A stretch of DNA of 64,000 nt from an uncultured Verrucomicrobiae bacterium (GCA_963765205.1 CAVXVB010000009.1:96001-160000), one strand, 5' to 3'. Shown: positions 10,422 to 20,348, counted from the first letter of the stretch. The notes: generated from the letters alone by a model not told the origin. Translations and numbers: made by a program.

Positions 10422-11243
10422 TCATTTCCTCATCGCCGCCGCCAGCCCCAATTCCGCGAACAAATCATTGGGCACGAGAACCAGCTTATTATCCATGGCG
10501 GTCGGTTCGCCGTTGCGCAGAGCCATGGTCAGGCCCGCGCCCTTTTGCGCCACTTCGGCGGCGAGTTTTTTGTAAAACTCGGCGGCGGGAATCAGCTCGG
10601 CGAACAGGGTCTGGATGATGACGCCGGCGTATTTCTGCATCATCTGCGCGTGGAATTCGCGCAGCAGCGGCACGAGTTCCATGATGCCCTTCGGCGCCGC
10701 CAGTTTCGAGCGCGGCCAGTCCTTCGTCGTGTTCAGCAGCTCGGCGGCGTTGAGCGTGATTTCCAGGCTGACCGAGGTGGGCGAAATCTTGCGTTTGAAA
10801 AATCCGAGCGCCAGGCCCTTTTGCTGCGCGCAATTGCGATAATCCAGAAAGAACGCGAAGGGCCACGACGCCTGCGTCAGCGCGTCAAGCAGCATCTTGT
10901 ATTTCTTCTGCTCCGAGCTGTCGGTGCGGAACCGCTGCTGGAACGAGGCCTCGAAATGCTGGCGCAGGTGGTGCGCGCTGGTGAGGTAATTGAGCAGCAG
11001 CCGCTCCAGATTCAGGACGACCGCGTCCTCGTCCACCGGGCCGGGATGGAGCAGGGTTTGCAGGTAATCGCCCCACTCGCGGTGGTTTTCATCGAGGACG
11101 CGAAAGAGCGCGAGCCGGTTTTTCGCCTCGGCCACGACCGGCTTGAACAGCGCGTGCTGCTTCAATTCCTCCGCGGACAAATCGCGCAAGTCCTGGACAT
11201 TTTTGATGGCGCCGCCCTCGGCAATATATCCGGCAAGTTTCAT
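10422..11243 (-). CDS. Hypothetical helical protein, possibly HEPN-like
   Basis: Long ORF from ATG 11243 (MKLAGY). LERLLLNYLTS...H and FFLDYRNCAQQ resemble an RNxxxH motif with His replaced by Gln. Confidence 0.65.
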   Translation of the reverse strand: MKLAGYIAEGGAIKNVQDLRDLSAEELKQHALFKPVVAEAKNRLALFRVLDENHREWGDYLQTLLHPGPVDEDAVVLNLERLLLNYLTSAHHLRQHFEASFQQRFRTDSSEQKKYKMLLDALTQASWPFAFFLDYRNCAQQKGLALGFFKRKISPTSVSLEITLNAAELLNTTKDWPRSKLAAPKGIMELVPLLREFHAQMMQKYAGVIIQTLFAELIPAAEFYKKLAAEVAQKGAGLTMALRNGEPTAMDNKLVLVPNDLFAELGLAAAMRK

Positions 11244-11353
11244 TGGGTAAAAAAGGAGAAGGTAGAAGATAGGAGAAAGAAGGTAGAAGTGCAAACAAGA
11301 GTTGCGGGGTTTGCGATTTGAGCCACGCCGCCGCATCAACACCGCGTCATCCG

Positions 11354-11695
11354 TCACGCCTTGGGTCGAAAATAGTCGGTAAGTTTTTGCAACAAACGCC
11401 GATGGCGTTCAGGCGAAACCGAGCCTAAGACTCCGAGAAATCGGCCGGGCGGCAGAACGGTGAGATAACCCAGGCGAATCAGCGAAGGCGCCTTCAGTCC
11501 GCTTTTCGCGAAATCCGGCTGCGTTGAATCCACGATCTCATCGAGCTCCGGCACCTGGCGGTGGAGTTGGGTGCTGATGCCACAGACAAGCCAGTCGCCG
11601 AACGGCGGCATTTGGCGCAAGAGCAACGCCGGGCGGGGCTTGACGCCCCCATCGGCCTGCGGCAGCGGGGTCAGCGCGATATCGCCTTCTTTCAT
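11354..11695 (-). CDS. PemK/MazF-family toxin
   Basis: MKEGDIALTPLPQADGGVKPRPALLL, LVCGIST, SGLKAPSLIRLG. Confidence 0.85.
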   Translation of the reverse strand: MKEGDIALTPLPQADGGVKPRPALLLRQMPPFGDWLVCGISTQLHRQVPELDEIVDSTQPDFAKSGLKAPSLIRLGYLTVLPPGRFLGVLGSVSPERHRRLLQKLTDYFRPKA

Positions 11696-11697
11696 GG

Positions 11698-11919
11698 CTA
11701 CCGTTTAAGATCGGCCAGCGTGTATTCCGGTTCGTTGTCACCATATGCATCCGCGAGGTTGGCGGCGGCGAGCGCGGCCCATTCGGCGCGTTCCTGCTCC
11801 ACTTGCGCCTCGGCGGATAGAACCATCACACCCAATGGGCAGTTGGCGGGCAGATCAAACGGCTCGTCAAGGACGATTCGCTGGCCATCGTAATGGGCTT
11901 TGAGGATTACTGCGGACAT
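11698..11919 (-). CDS. Putative antitoxin upstream of the MazF-like toxin
   Basis: 73 aa, LKAHYDGQRIVLDEP and an acidic C-terminus (AYGDNEPEY); 2 bp from the toxin start. Confidence 0.7.
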   Translation of the reverse strand: MSAVILKAHYDGQRIVLDEPFDLPANCPLGVMVLSAEAQVEQERAEWAALAAANLADAYGDNEPEYTLADLKR

Positions 11920-11979
11920 GAAACCAATTATGGCAGGCTCGCATGGTTGGGCAAGACTTCTTGTGGGCCATTTTCTTGG

Positions 11980-12411
11980 CTATACTTTTACGCCTCTTCG
12001 ATTTAGTTCATCGGAAATATTTTTTGGATACATATTTTTCCAACCTTTCATTCTTCGAATCGCCTGAAAAACACCCAAGTCCTGCTTTTTGCTAATTTGC
12101 CGCCGGATCCCTTTTTCGGTCAATGATTTGCTGCGAAAAAACAGTTCACAACCGTGTTCCAAGGCATCATGAATTACATTTAATTCCCGGATGCCGCGAA
12201 ATTTACAAATTACTTTTGCGCCATATATATTTTTGTAGGAGGTATTGCCGTTACGGCCAAGTTGCAGGGCCTTATCGTAGGCTTCTTGAGGCGAATCCGC
12301 TCGAATCAAAACCGTGTTGATCCAGACATGATTACGGCGCCGACCTGGAACACGAATTTCCTCCACGAGGTCGGCGGCATACCATTTTGCGTCAGGTGGG
12401 ATAAAGGCCAT
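11980..12411 (-). CDS. DUF4288-like protein
   Basis: WYAADLV, VLIRADSPQEAYDKALQLG, YKNIYG...FRGI, GCELF; visibly AT-richer than its neighbours. Confidence 0.7.
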   Translation of the reverse strand: MAFIPPDAKWYAADLVEEIRVPGRRRNHVWINTVLIRADSPQEAYDKALQLGRNGNTSYKNIYGAKVICKFRGIRELNVIHDALEHGCELFFRSKSLTEKGIRRQISKKQDLGVFQAIRRMKGWKNMYPKNISDELNRRGVKV

Positions 12412-12414
12412 GAA

Positions 12415-14340
12415 TTAAGATTTTACTGAGACAATTCGAGAGAGGTCTTTTGCTTTGCTGGCCGTTGCCCACCGCCGCAGCACCTTCTCCTCGATGTCCG
12501 CCGGGCTGATGCCGTTTTGCGCGCGGAGTTCGGCGGCGCTGCTGCCGTGGCCCACAAAATTGTCCGGCCAGCCGATGCGTTCCACCGGCGTCGCGAGGCC
12601 CGCTTCATTCAGCGCTTCGAGCACCGCCGAGCCAAAGCCGCCCATGAGGACGTGGTCTTCCATCGTCACGATTAGGCGCGCGGCGCGGGCGTGTTGGTGC
12701 AAAAGTTCCCGGTCCAGCGGCTTTGCAAACCGCGCGTTCACGATCCCGACGGACAGGCCCTGTTCGGCAGCCAGTTTATCGGCGAGCTTCGCGGCGTCTT
12801 GCAGCATCGGGCCGAGCGCCCAAATGATAATGTCGCTGCCCTCGCGCAGCACTTCGGCCTGGCCGATGGGCAGCGCGGCGGGCTGGTCTTTGATCTTCAC
12901 GCCGACCGCCGGGCCGCGCGGGTAGCGGATGAACGCCGGGCCTTGGTGCAACAGCGCCGTGTGCAGCATGTCCACCAGCTCATCCTCGTCCTTCGGCTGC
13001 ATGACGACGGCGCGTGGCACGGTGCGCAGATACGCGATGTCGAACAGCCCATGGTGCGTCGGGCCGTCGTTGGGCGAAAGGCCGGCGCGGTCCATGCAAA
13101 ACGCCACGGGCAGATTTTGCAGCGCGACATCGTGGATGATGGGGTCGTAGGCGCGCTGGAGGAACGTCGAGTAAATCGCGCACACCGGGTGGATGCCGCT
13201 CGTGGCCAGGCCCGCCGCGAACAGCACCGCGTGCTCCTCGGCGATGCCCACGTCAAAAAATTGCGCCGGCACTTCCTTCGCCAGGTGCGACAAGCTCGTG
13301 CCCGACGGCATCGCGGCCGTGATGCCGACGATTTTCGGGTCGGCCTTGGCGAATTTCGCGAGCGTCTTGCCGAACACATCCTGCCAGTTCGGCGGCGTGC
13401 CGGGCTTCGTCGGCGCGGACTGGCCGGTCGTGATGTCAAACGGGCTGGTGCCGTGGAATTTCTCCGGGTTCTTGATCGCCACGTCGTAACCCCGGCCCTT
13501 TTTGGTCAAAACATGCAGCAACACCGGCTGGTCGGAATTTTTGCAAAACTCGAGATACCGCACCAGCAGCGGCAAGTCGTGCCCGTCAATCGGCCCGAGG
13601 TAGCGCAGGTTGAATTTCTCAAATAACGACGACGGCACGACAAAGTCCTTCGCCTCCTTTTTCGCGCGCGCGCCCAACTCGCGCAGCGAGTCGCCCCCCG
13701 GCGTCTTTTTGAGGAAACTTTCCAAGTCGTGGTGGAAGCGGTTATACCAGGGCGTCGTGATCAGCTCGTTCAGGTAGGTTGAGATCGCGCCGACGTTCTT
13801 GGCGATGGACCATTCGTTGTCGTTGAGCACCACAATCAGCCGCTTGGTCGAGGTCGCCACGTTGTTGAGCGCCTCCATCGTGATCCCGCACGTCAGCGCC
13901 GCGTCACCCAGCAGCGCGACGACGTGCTCGTTCGTGCCGTTCAAATCGCGCGCGGCGGCCATGCCCAGCGCGGCGGACAGCGCGGTGCCCGCGTGGCCCG
14001 CGCCGTAGCAGTCATATTCGCTTTCCTCCCGCATCAAGAAGCCGGACAACCCGCCCCCCTGGCGGATTTTCTTGAACCGCGCTCCGGCCCGCCCGGTCAA
14101 CAACTTATGGACGTAACCCTGGTGGGCCACGTCCATCACAAAGCGGTCCTTCGGCGAGTCGAACACCCGGTGCAGCGCGAGCGTCAGCTCGACGACGCCA
14201 AGGTTCGGCCCGATGTGGCCCCCGTTTTTGGAGGTCACTTCGATGATTTCGCGCCGGATTTCGTCGGCGAGCGTGGCCAGTTCGACGTGGGTGAGCGCCT
14301 TGACGTTGGCCGGGCCTTTGATGCGTTCGAGGAGAGCCAT
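12415..14340 (-). CDS. dxs: 1-deoxy-D-xylulose-5-phosphate synthase
   Basis: GGHIGPNLGVVEL, DVAHQGYVHKLLTGR, GDAALTCG..EALNN, DVGIAEEHAV, YSTFLQRAYD, DGPTHHG. Confidence 0.97.
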   Translation of the reverse strand: MALLERIKGPANVKALTHVELATLADEIRREIIEVTSKNGGHIGPNLGVVELTLALHRVFDSPKDRFVMDVAHQGYVHKLLTGRAGARFKKIRQGGGLSGFLMREESEYDCYGAGHAGTALSAALGMAAARDLNGTNEHVVALLGDAALTCGITMEALNNVATSTKRLIVVLNDNEWSIAKNVGAISTYLNELITTPWYNRFHHDLESFLKKTPGGDSLRELGARAKKEAKDFVVPSSLFEKFNLRYLGPIDGHDLPLLVRYLEFCKNSDQPVLLHVLTKKGRGYDVAIKNPEKFHGTSPFDITTGQSAPTKPGTPPNWQDVFGKTLAKFAKADPKIVGITAAMPSGTSLSHLAKEVPAQFFDVGIAEEHAVLFAAGLATSGIHPVCAIYSTFLQRAYDPIIHDVALQNLPVAFCMDRAGLSPNDGPTHHGLFDIAYLRTVPRAVVMQPKDEDELVDMLHTALLHQGPAFIRYPRGPAVGVKIKDQPAALPIGQAEVLREGSDIIIWALGPMLQDAAKLADKLAAEQGLSVGIVNARFAKPLDRELLHQHARAARLIVTMEDHVLMGGFGSAVLEALNEAGLATPVERIGWPDNFVGHGSSAAELRAQNGISPADIEEKVLRRWATASKAKDLSRIVSVKS

Positions 14341-14381
14341 TCAGGTAAAACAGTCCAGTTCAACGCAGAGTGCCCGCCGGG

Positions 14382-14650
14382 TCAAGACTCGCTTTCCTCA
14401 TCCAGCGGCACGAACGCGGCCGCCCCCGTGTCGTCGAGCTTGAGTTTTTCGATTTTCAACTCGGCGGCGCGCAGGTGGTCCTGGCAGATTTTGAGCAAAT
14501 GGTGCCCCTCCTCGAACTTCGCGACCAAATCCGCCAGCGACACCTCCCCCCCTCGAGCGACTCGACGAGGGCTTCGAGCCGCGCATAGGCGGCCTCATAA
14601 GGCAGGGCGCCATCGGCGGGCGTAGGCGCGGTAATGGTCTTTTTGGGCAT
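14382..14650 (-). CDS. xseB: Exodeoxyribonuclease VII small subunit, frameshifted in a G7 run (probable sequencing error)
   Basis: YEAAYARLEALVESLEGG / EVSLADLVAKFEEGHHLLKICQDHLRAAELKIEKL. One extra G at 14546-14552 joins the frames. Lies directly upstream of dxs. Confidence 0.88.
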
Positions 14651-14805
14651 GACAGGTATGGGTGCTGATTACCGAAAAATTAAGGCCAGGGCCAGCCTGG
14701 AATTGGCCTGGTGCTCCAGCCCGCATTGCATGGGCAAGGAGGCTGCACATGCCCAGTGCCTTAGCTCATCCACGAGAATTTGTTCCCTATCTGCAAAATT
14801 CCCAT

Positions 14806-15612
14806 TCACGGATGGGCAATTCGTTTCCGAAGCTCCGAATCGTCCGGAAACTTTTGTGCGCCAAGCTGCCAGGCTTGGCGGGCGTTGTCAGATTGGCCGA
14901 GTTTTTGATACTCATCGCCCAGTAGGATATATGTCCGTGCGAACTGTGCCTGGGGTGTCATCGTTTGCTGCTGCTCAATAAGGCTGGACAATTGTTGTAT
15001 CACTTCGGGGTCTTTGTTTAATTCCGTCGGCCAGCCAGATAAGGCGGAGGCCTTGACAAATTGCGCATCCCAGTTTGCTGGATCAACGCTTAACGCCGCG
15101 TTGAAATATTGATCAGCTTCCCGCCCTAGAATAGCCTTCTCGCTGAAATCCTGGGTGGCCGGTATTTTCCCTAGATTAAGCTCACCCAAGGCCGTTGGAA
15201 TTTCAGGATCGTCCGGATTGACTGCTGCGCGCTGTTTTAATTCGGCGATGGCCTGATCCAATCCACCCGCTGCCTGCAATTGATTTATCAGAGCCAGTTT
15301 CTCACTGAAACTGGTTTGTATGGAGATTAAACCATCAATGATCGAGCTAGAGGCTGTGCCCGCGTTACTCAATACGGTATCGCTTGAAACTGGATTTTTG
15401 GCGGGAATTTGTGCCGGCGCACTGCTGTTTGCTGAAACATTTCGCGGCTCCTCTACGTTTGGTGCGACTACCTCGTTTGACTTCACTTGTACCGGCAATG
15501 TTCCAGGAACAGGTAAAACTTCTTGCCGATCCAAATAAAACAGAGTCCCGGCGGCGATGGCGACAGAAACAATTAAAAATGCACCAACGGAGAATTTCAT
15601 ATTAGATTTCAT
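14806..15612 (-). CDS. Membrane-anchored or secreted TPR-like protein
   Basis: N-terminal hydrophobic segment; TPR-like LDQAIAELKQRAAVNPDD and YILLGDEYQKLGQSDNARQAWQLG..FPD; 18 bp downstream of the ECF gene. Confidence 0.7.
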   Translation of the reverse strand: MKSNMKFSVGAFLIVSVAIAAGTLFYLDRQEVLPVPGTLPVQVKSNEVVAPNVEEPRNVSANSSAPAQIPAKNPVSSDTVLSNAGTASSSIIDGLISIQTSFSEKLALINQLQAAGGLDQAIAELKQRAAVNPDDPEIPTALGELNLGKIPATQDFSEKAILGREADQYFNAALSVDPANWDAQFVKASALSGWPTELNKDPEVIQQLSSLIEQQQTMTPQAQFARTYILLGDEYQKLGQSDNARQAWQLGAQKFPDDSELRKRIAHP

Positions 15613-15630
15613 GGTTGTAGAAATTGAAGA

Positions 15631-17259
15631 TTAAGAATTTTCTTTTTCCTGCCGACGGCGTGCCTGTGCCACAATTCGAGCTCGTAGAATTAATGGCGTC
15701 ACCCAAATCAACATCACCCAAATCCCGTGATCTAAAACAACTTGGGCATATCTTAGGAACAGGTTTTGCTGGACAAATTGTCTGGCGATTTCGGTGTTGG
15801 CCTGAGCGGCGTGCGCAATGCTACCCAGCGCGAAATCATGCGCCACCGCGATCCCCCCCATCGCTACATTCCACGCTAGGGCGCAACTGCCAAGTGCCTG
15901 CCAGCCAATGGCCAGCGAGCCAACCGCCCAGGTGCCAATGCTGCATGCGCCAATCGGCAATATTCCCAATGCGACCGCGCCAAAGGGCAGCAAACCTATG
16001 GCAATTCCGCCGAAACTCAAGGGGGCAATGGCAATTCCACCCGCAGCGAACAACAAGCCCACCGCATGGCTGCTGCCGATGGCAATCCATGCCTTTACTG
16101 GCCCGCGCAGCACATCAAACCGATCACCAATGCGGATATGAACGAGTGGCAGTCCAAGCAGACTTGATCGGCTGCGATATTCATACGCGGCCGGGGGAAA
16201 ATTGCCTGCATATTCAACCGTTAAAAGTCCTGTAAGATGCCTGCGCCGCGATTGAATCGAGCCGAAGCCAAAGGCAAGGATCGTCAGAAAGTAAATGACA
16301 ATGGTTTGGCTGACCAATATACTCCAAAACAAAGAAGAATCGTCTTGGCTTCGGCACACTAAAAACAACGGAACAGCCAACACGATGGAAAATCCCAGGG
16401 CCAATACGAAGGCCTTCCGGAAAGAAGTTTTGACTAGGTCGCGTACTTCACCTGGATGAGCCTTGTCGAGACCCATCCGATAATTGGCGCAAAGCCCGGA
16501 AAGGATGAGTAATGGGCTTAAAATTGCCCCGACCAGCCCTGTTGCGCTGGCAGTCTTGACACTTGCGCCGGTTGTCGTTGCTGCAAGGAGTGATGCCGTG
16601 CCGCCCGCTGCGCCCTTGGCCAGTGCCGCCGCGGTCACTGTTTTCACCAGATCAATCGGCGCGGCTTGAACGGAATTGGCCGAAATCGCCCCGACGATAG
16701 CCGTAGTTGTGGAAGTTACGCCCTGTTTCAGGAAAAATTTCCGCAGCTTTTCCACCGCGCGATTTAAGCGCTTGTGCGCTGCCCATTCCTGAATGCCGAG
16801 GATCGCCGCTGTCTCCGCGCCACTTTTGTTTTCAAAAAAACGTAATGCCAGCAACGTGCGTTCCTTTTCATTTAGTCGAGTCATTGCTTCTTCCAAAAGC
16901 GGCGCGATTTGTTTCCAGGCGTTGTCAGGGTTTTCATCGTTCAAGGTGGATTGCATATAGGCCTCCTGTTCGCGGGCTTGTTGTCTGTTTTTGCCTCGCA
17001 AAAATTTCATGGATACGAACCGCGTGCTTTCATACAGCCAGCCGGTAAGAATGGTTTGTTGGCGCAGGCTCGCGGACTTTTGGGCAAGGACGATGAAAAC
17101 CGCCTGGGTCACGTCTTTCGCGTCTTCGGAGTTGCCGGTAAATCGCCATGCTGCGGAATAGACGAGATTGATGTGCCGACGAACCAGCTCGGCAAAAGCC
17201 GGTTCCGAATTTCGGTCGCAGTATTCACGCACCAAAGCCATGTCGTTCATATCGTGCAT
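15631..17259 (-). CDS. ECF sigma-70 factor with long membrane-spanning C-terminal extension
   Basis: AFAELVRRHINLVYSAA, AKDVTQAVF, GWLY, LNEKERTLLALRFFENKS...RAVEKLR, followed by several hydrophobic segments and a Gly-rich IAIG repeat region. Confidence 0.88.
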   Translation of the reverse strand: MHDMNDMALVREYCDRNSEPAFAELVRRHINLVYSAAWRFTGNSEDAKDVTQAVFIVLAQKSASLRQQTILTGWLYESTRFVSMKFLRGKNRQQAREQEAYMQSTLNDENPDNAWKQIAPLLEEAMTRLNEKERTLLALRFFENKSGAETAAILGIQEWAAHKRLNRAVEKLRKFFLKQGVTSTTTAIVGAISANSVQAAPIDLVKTVTAAALAKGAAGGTASLLAATTTGASVKTASATGLVGAILSPLLILSGLCANYRMGLDKAHPGEVRDLVKTSFRKAFVLALGFSIVLAVPLFLVCRSQDDSSLFWSILVSQTIVIYFLTILAFGFGSIQSRRRHLTGLLTVEYAGNFPPAAYEYRSRSSLLGLPLVHIRIGDRFDVLRGPVKAWIAIGSSHAVGLLFAAGGIAIAPLSFGGIAIGLLPFGAVALGILPIGACSIGTWAVGSLAIGWQALGSCALAWNVAMGGIAVAHDFALGSIAHAAQANTEIARQFVQQNLFLRYAQVVLDHGIWVMLIWVTPLILRARIVAQARRRQEKENS

Positions 17260-17639
17260 TTACGTATTATATTCCCGACCAGATCTGAAATTGGACACTT
17301 ATTTTTGACCTACAGCAATTGTAGGAGGCACCGCGAGCACATGAATGCACAGAGTAGTCAACTACATAATGCGGTCAACCAGGTGGGAATCGAGACCATG
17401 TCATCATCGGCTACCAGTAAGACGACCCAACGGGGAAGGGCTACTTCAGCTTCCGTGAGGCAGGACGCCTCTAGCTGGGCTGTCACGGGCAGCAACGCCA
17501 GTTGACGGGGAAAGCAGCGTATGGGCGCATTCGCGCCTTGTAACACCCGTTTTTCCATGACTACTACAAAGTTTTTTCCCCATCTATGAGCGGGTCCGGC
17601 GTATCCTCGTATCCGCGTCGGCCGGAGCCGCCCGGTCGG

Positions 17640-17970
17640 TCAATCACGGATGGATTGGCACCCAACCGATCAAACCCATCCAACGTATCCAACCGAGCCA
17701 ACGTATCGCTGGCACAGTTGGCTATTTTCGGTTATACTGCCCGCCATGAATCCACTGCACCACACCACCAGCCCTGCGCGTCTTTGTCCGCGTTCCTACG
17801 CTCGGTGAAAAATTACCCCCCCCCCCCCCCCCCCCCCCCCACGTCGCGAACCACGCGGCAAACAAAACCCTGTTTTGAAACTCCCTTTCACCGCCAAGAC
17901 GCCAACATCATCAAGAATGCCCTTGCACAAAAATCCATCTTTGCGCTCTTCGCGACATTGCGGTGAATCA
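17640..17970. repeat. Composite direct-repeat element, copy 1 (nonamer array, TATACT box, C25 tract, hairpin)
   Basis: Aligns along its length with 20458-20787. Poly-C at 17816-17840; TTCACCGC...GCGGTGAA hairpin at 17887-17967. Confidence 0.9.
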
Positions 17971-18002
17971 ATAATTCAATGGCCGCCCCGTTCAGTTTCC
18001 TC

Positions 18003-20348
18003 TTATTTATTCTCGGCCACGGCGGTTGCTGGTTGGTTATTCGTGGCCCAACCGCTGTAGAAGAAACCCATCATGGTCGGAATGTATTCGTTGAATTCAT
18101 CAATGGTCAGGCTATTGAAATGGTTTGGAGTTATCACCCGGAGATTGCCGGTTTCGGAAAATTTTTTACTGGGGCCGGTGAGCTGGGTGAAACCAAAATC
18201 TTTCAGCCGCGCTTTGGCGGCGGCAAGGTCGGCGGGGTTGTAGTCCTCGTCCTGGGTTCCCGTCTCATAATACACCGCCATTTTGCCCGCGTTTTTCTTC
18301 ACCGCCGCGGTAAAGAAGCCGTCCGGAAAAGGCGTGGCGAGAGCCGCGAAGCCCGCAAACAAGTCCGGCCGTTCGCCTGCTACGGTGCCGGCGGCTCGAC
18401 CGCCCTCCAGCCCATATCCGGCGAGAATGACCTGCCGCGGGTTGACGCGGTCGTGCGCCACCGTGTCCGCAATAATGGCCGCGACCAAGTCGGTGTCACC
18501 CGGCCCCCCACCGCCAGCTTGGGCACCCTCGGAGACGGGCTCAGCTTCCGGCACCGCGACCATGAACGCGGGGCAGTATTGGACGAGATTCATCCAGTAT
18601 TTCGCGATGCTGTCCGCCGGGTCGCCACCCCCATGCAGGCAAATCAGCAGCGTGGCCCCTTTCCCAGTGGGCCAGCCGCCTTGGTCTGATTTCAAAAGAA
18701 GATAAGCCTCCTCCGGCTTCGCCAGGGTGCGCGTTTCCACCACGGGCGTGGTTGCGGCCATGGCCTTCCTTTGTCTGTCTGCTTCCACCTGGTCAAAAAA
18801 ATGCATCATGCGCGTGATCCGGTATTTGAATTCATCCGGGGTGAGGCCCTGGGCGGCGTCGAACCTTTCAATAAGGAAATTGGCAGGGAAAAAATCAGGC
18901 GGGGGCAGCGGTTCGCTTTGCTCCAGGCCATAAAATTCCCATTTTTGATGAAAATCGGGAGGGTAGGGATGGTATTCGAAGCCAAAATTTTGGAGCCGCG
19001 AGATGACGGGATTCACCACCTCCGGGAAGTCATCCTGCGTGGTGCTATAGGCATAATACACCGCCAGATTGGCCGCGTTTTTCCGCAAAGCTGGCGTGAA
19101 GAACGTGTCCGGCAGGCTCGCCCCGAAGGCGGCAAAACCGGAAAATAAATCCGGATGCTCGCCCATGATCCCGCCGCCCGCCGTGCCACCCGTGCCCGAG
19201 CCTGCCAGAATGACTTGCTGCGGATTGACGTGGTCGCGCGCCACGGTGTCCGCAATGATCGCCGTGACCAAGTCAGAGGCACCTGGTCCCCAGACCTTGC
19301 CTGGGGTGCTTTGGGTTGCTTCCGGCACCGCCACCACCACATCCGTGCGGCTCATCACCAGGTCGGTCCAGTTTTTCGCGAAATTGGCCGCGTTGTCGCC
19401 ATTGCCGTGCAGGCCAATCAGGAGGGTGGTTGCCTTCGTGGCGGGAAACTTTTTCCGGTCCGGGGTCAGGAAAATATAGGTTCCTTGCGCCTGCGGCAAC
19501 GTGCGCTGCTCCATCACCATGCTCTTCGCCAGCAGGCTCATCGTATCGGCCTCGGCCCGTTCCTGCGCTTTGTTCGCAGCCAGCACGCTGTCGAAGAACG
19601 TCATCATGTTCTTGGTCAATTGCTCAAAGATGGGCCTGGGGATGGCATGGCCGCCGTCGCGCCGGTCAATGTAAACATGGGTGAAGCCAAAATCTTTGAG
19701 CACGGAGATGCCAAAAGCGGCGCCCTCGACACTGCTGTCTTCCTTGGTCCCCACACTGATATATAATGCCATTTTTCCGGCATTTTTCTTCATCGCGGAC
19801 GACAAGAAACGGGCATCCATCCCCGAGATGCCCGCGAAACCCGCAAACAGGTCCGGGCGGGCGCCTACGATCACGCTGCCGTCCCCTCCACCCAGAGAGT
19901 AGCCCGCGAGGAAGACCCGCCTGGGGTTGACGTGGTAGTGCGCCACGGTGTCATCAATCATCTCGGTGATGACGGGCACGGTGGTCGAGTATGCGGTAAA
20001 TTCCGGCAACGCGACCACCACATCCGGGCGGCTGTCCACCAGCGCCATCCAGTTTTTTGCGAAATTGGCCGCGCTATCACCCAAGCCATGCAGGGCAATC
20101 ACCAGCGTGAAACCCTCGGCGGGGGCAAACTTGTGCTGGCCTGGTGTCAGCAAAACATAGTTGGGGGAATTTTCTTTCGCCAGCGGGCGCTCCTCCTCCA
20201 CCACATCGTAGTGGGGCGCCGGCGCCGGGGTCGCCGATTGCGGTGCGGTGGCTTGCTGCACCAAGGCCACCGCCCACGCCCGTCCTCCCGAGCCGGCCAG
20301 TAGCAGGGCGACCAGAAACCAGTCAAACCAGTGAAAATTTCTTTTCAC
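18003..20348 (-). CDS. Secreted protein with three tandem alpha/beta-hydrolase (esterase/PHB-depolymerase-like) domains
   Basis: Signal peptide. Three repeats of L(V/L)I.LHG.GD.A..., VNP..V.LAG..GG and PDLF.GFA. Nucleophile elbow GYSLG only in domain 1. Confidence 0.8.
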   Translation of the reverse strand: MKRNFHWFDWFLVALLLAGSGGRAWAVALVQQATAPQSATPAPAPHYDVVEEERPLAKENSPNYVLLTPGQHKFAPAEGFTLVIALHGLGDSAANFAKNWMALVDSRPDVVVALPEFTAYSTTVPVITEMIDDTVAHYHVNPRRVFLAGYSLGGGDGSVIVGARPDLFAGFAGISGMDARFLSSAMKKNAGKMALYISVGTKEDSSVEGAAFGISVLKDFGFTHVYIDRRDGGHAIPRPIFEQLTKNMMTFFDSVLAANKAQERAEADTMSLLAKSMVMEQRTLPQAQGTYIFLTPDRKKFPATKATTLLIGLHGNGDNAANFAKNWTDLVMSRTDVVVAVPEATQSTPGKVWGPGASDLVTAIIADTVARDHVNPQQVILAGSGTGGTAGGGIMGEHPDLFSGFAAFGASLPDTFFTPALRKNAANLAVYYAYSTTQDDFPEVVNPVISRLQNFGFEYHPYPPDFHQKWEFYGLEQSEPLPPPDFFPANFLIERFDAAQGLTPDEFKYRITRMMHFFDQVEADRQRKAMAATTPVVETRTLAKPEEAYLLLKSDQGGWPTGKGATLLICLHGGGDPADSIAKYWMNLVQYCPAFMVAVPEAEPVSEGAQAGGGGPGDTDLVAAIIADTVAHDRVNPRQVILAGYGLEGGRAAGTVAGERPDLFAGFAALATPFPDGFFTAAVKKNAGKMAVYYETGTQDEDYNPADLAAAKARLKDFGFTQLTGPSKKFSETGNLRVITPNHFNSLTIDEFNEYIPTMMGFFYSGWATNNQPATAVAENK

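Noticed and set aside
9390..12411. Integron cassette array
   Set aside because: Small codirectional TA-rich genes fit the pattern, but I found no integrase and no convincing attC sites, and several genes carry their own promoters.
17340..17640. Possible small gene or structured RNA upstream of the ECF sigma (ORF 17358-17558)
   Set aside because: No family motif, no clear RBS or promoter, and no convincing fold by eye.
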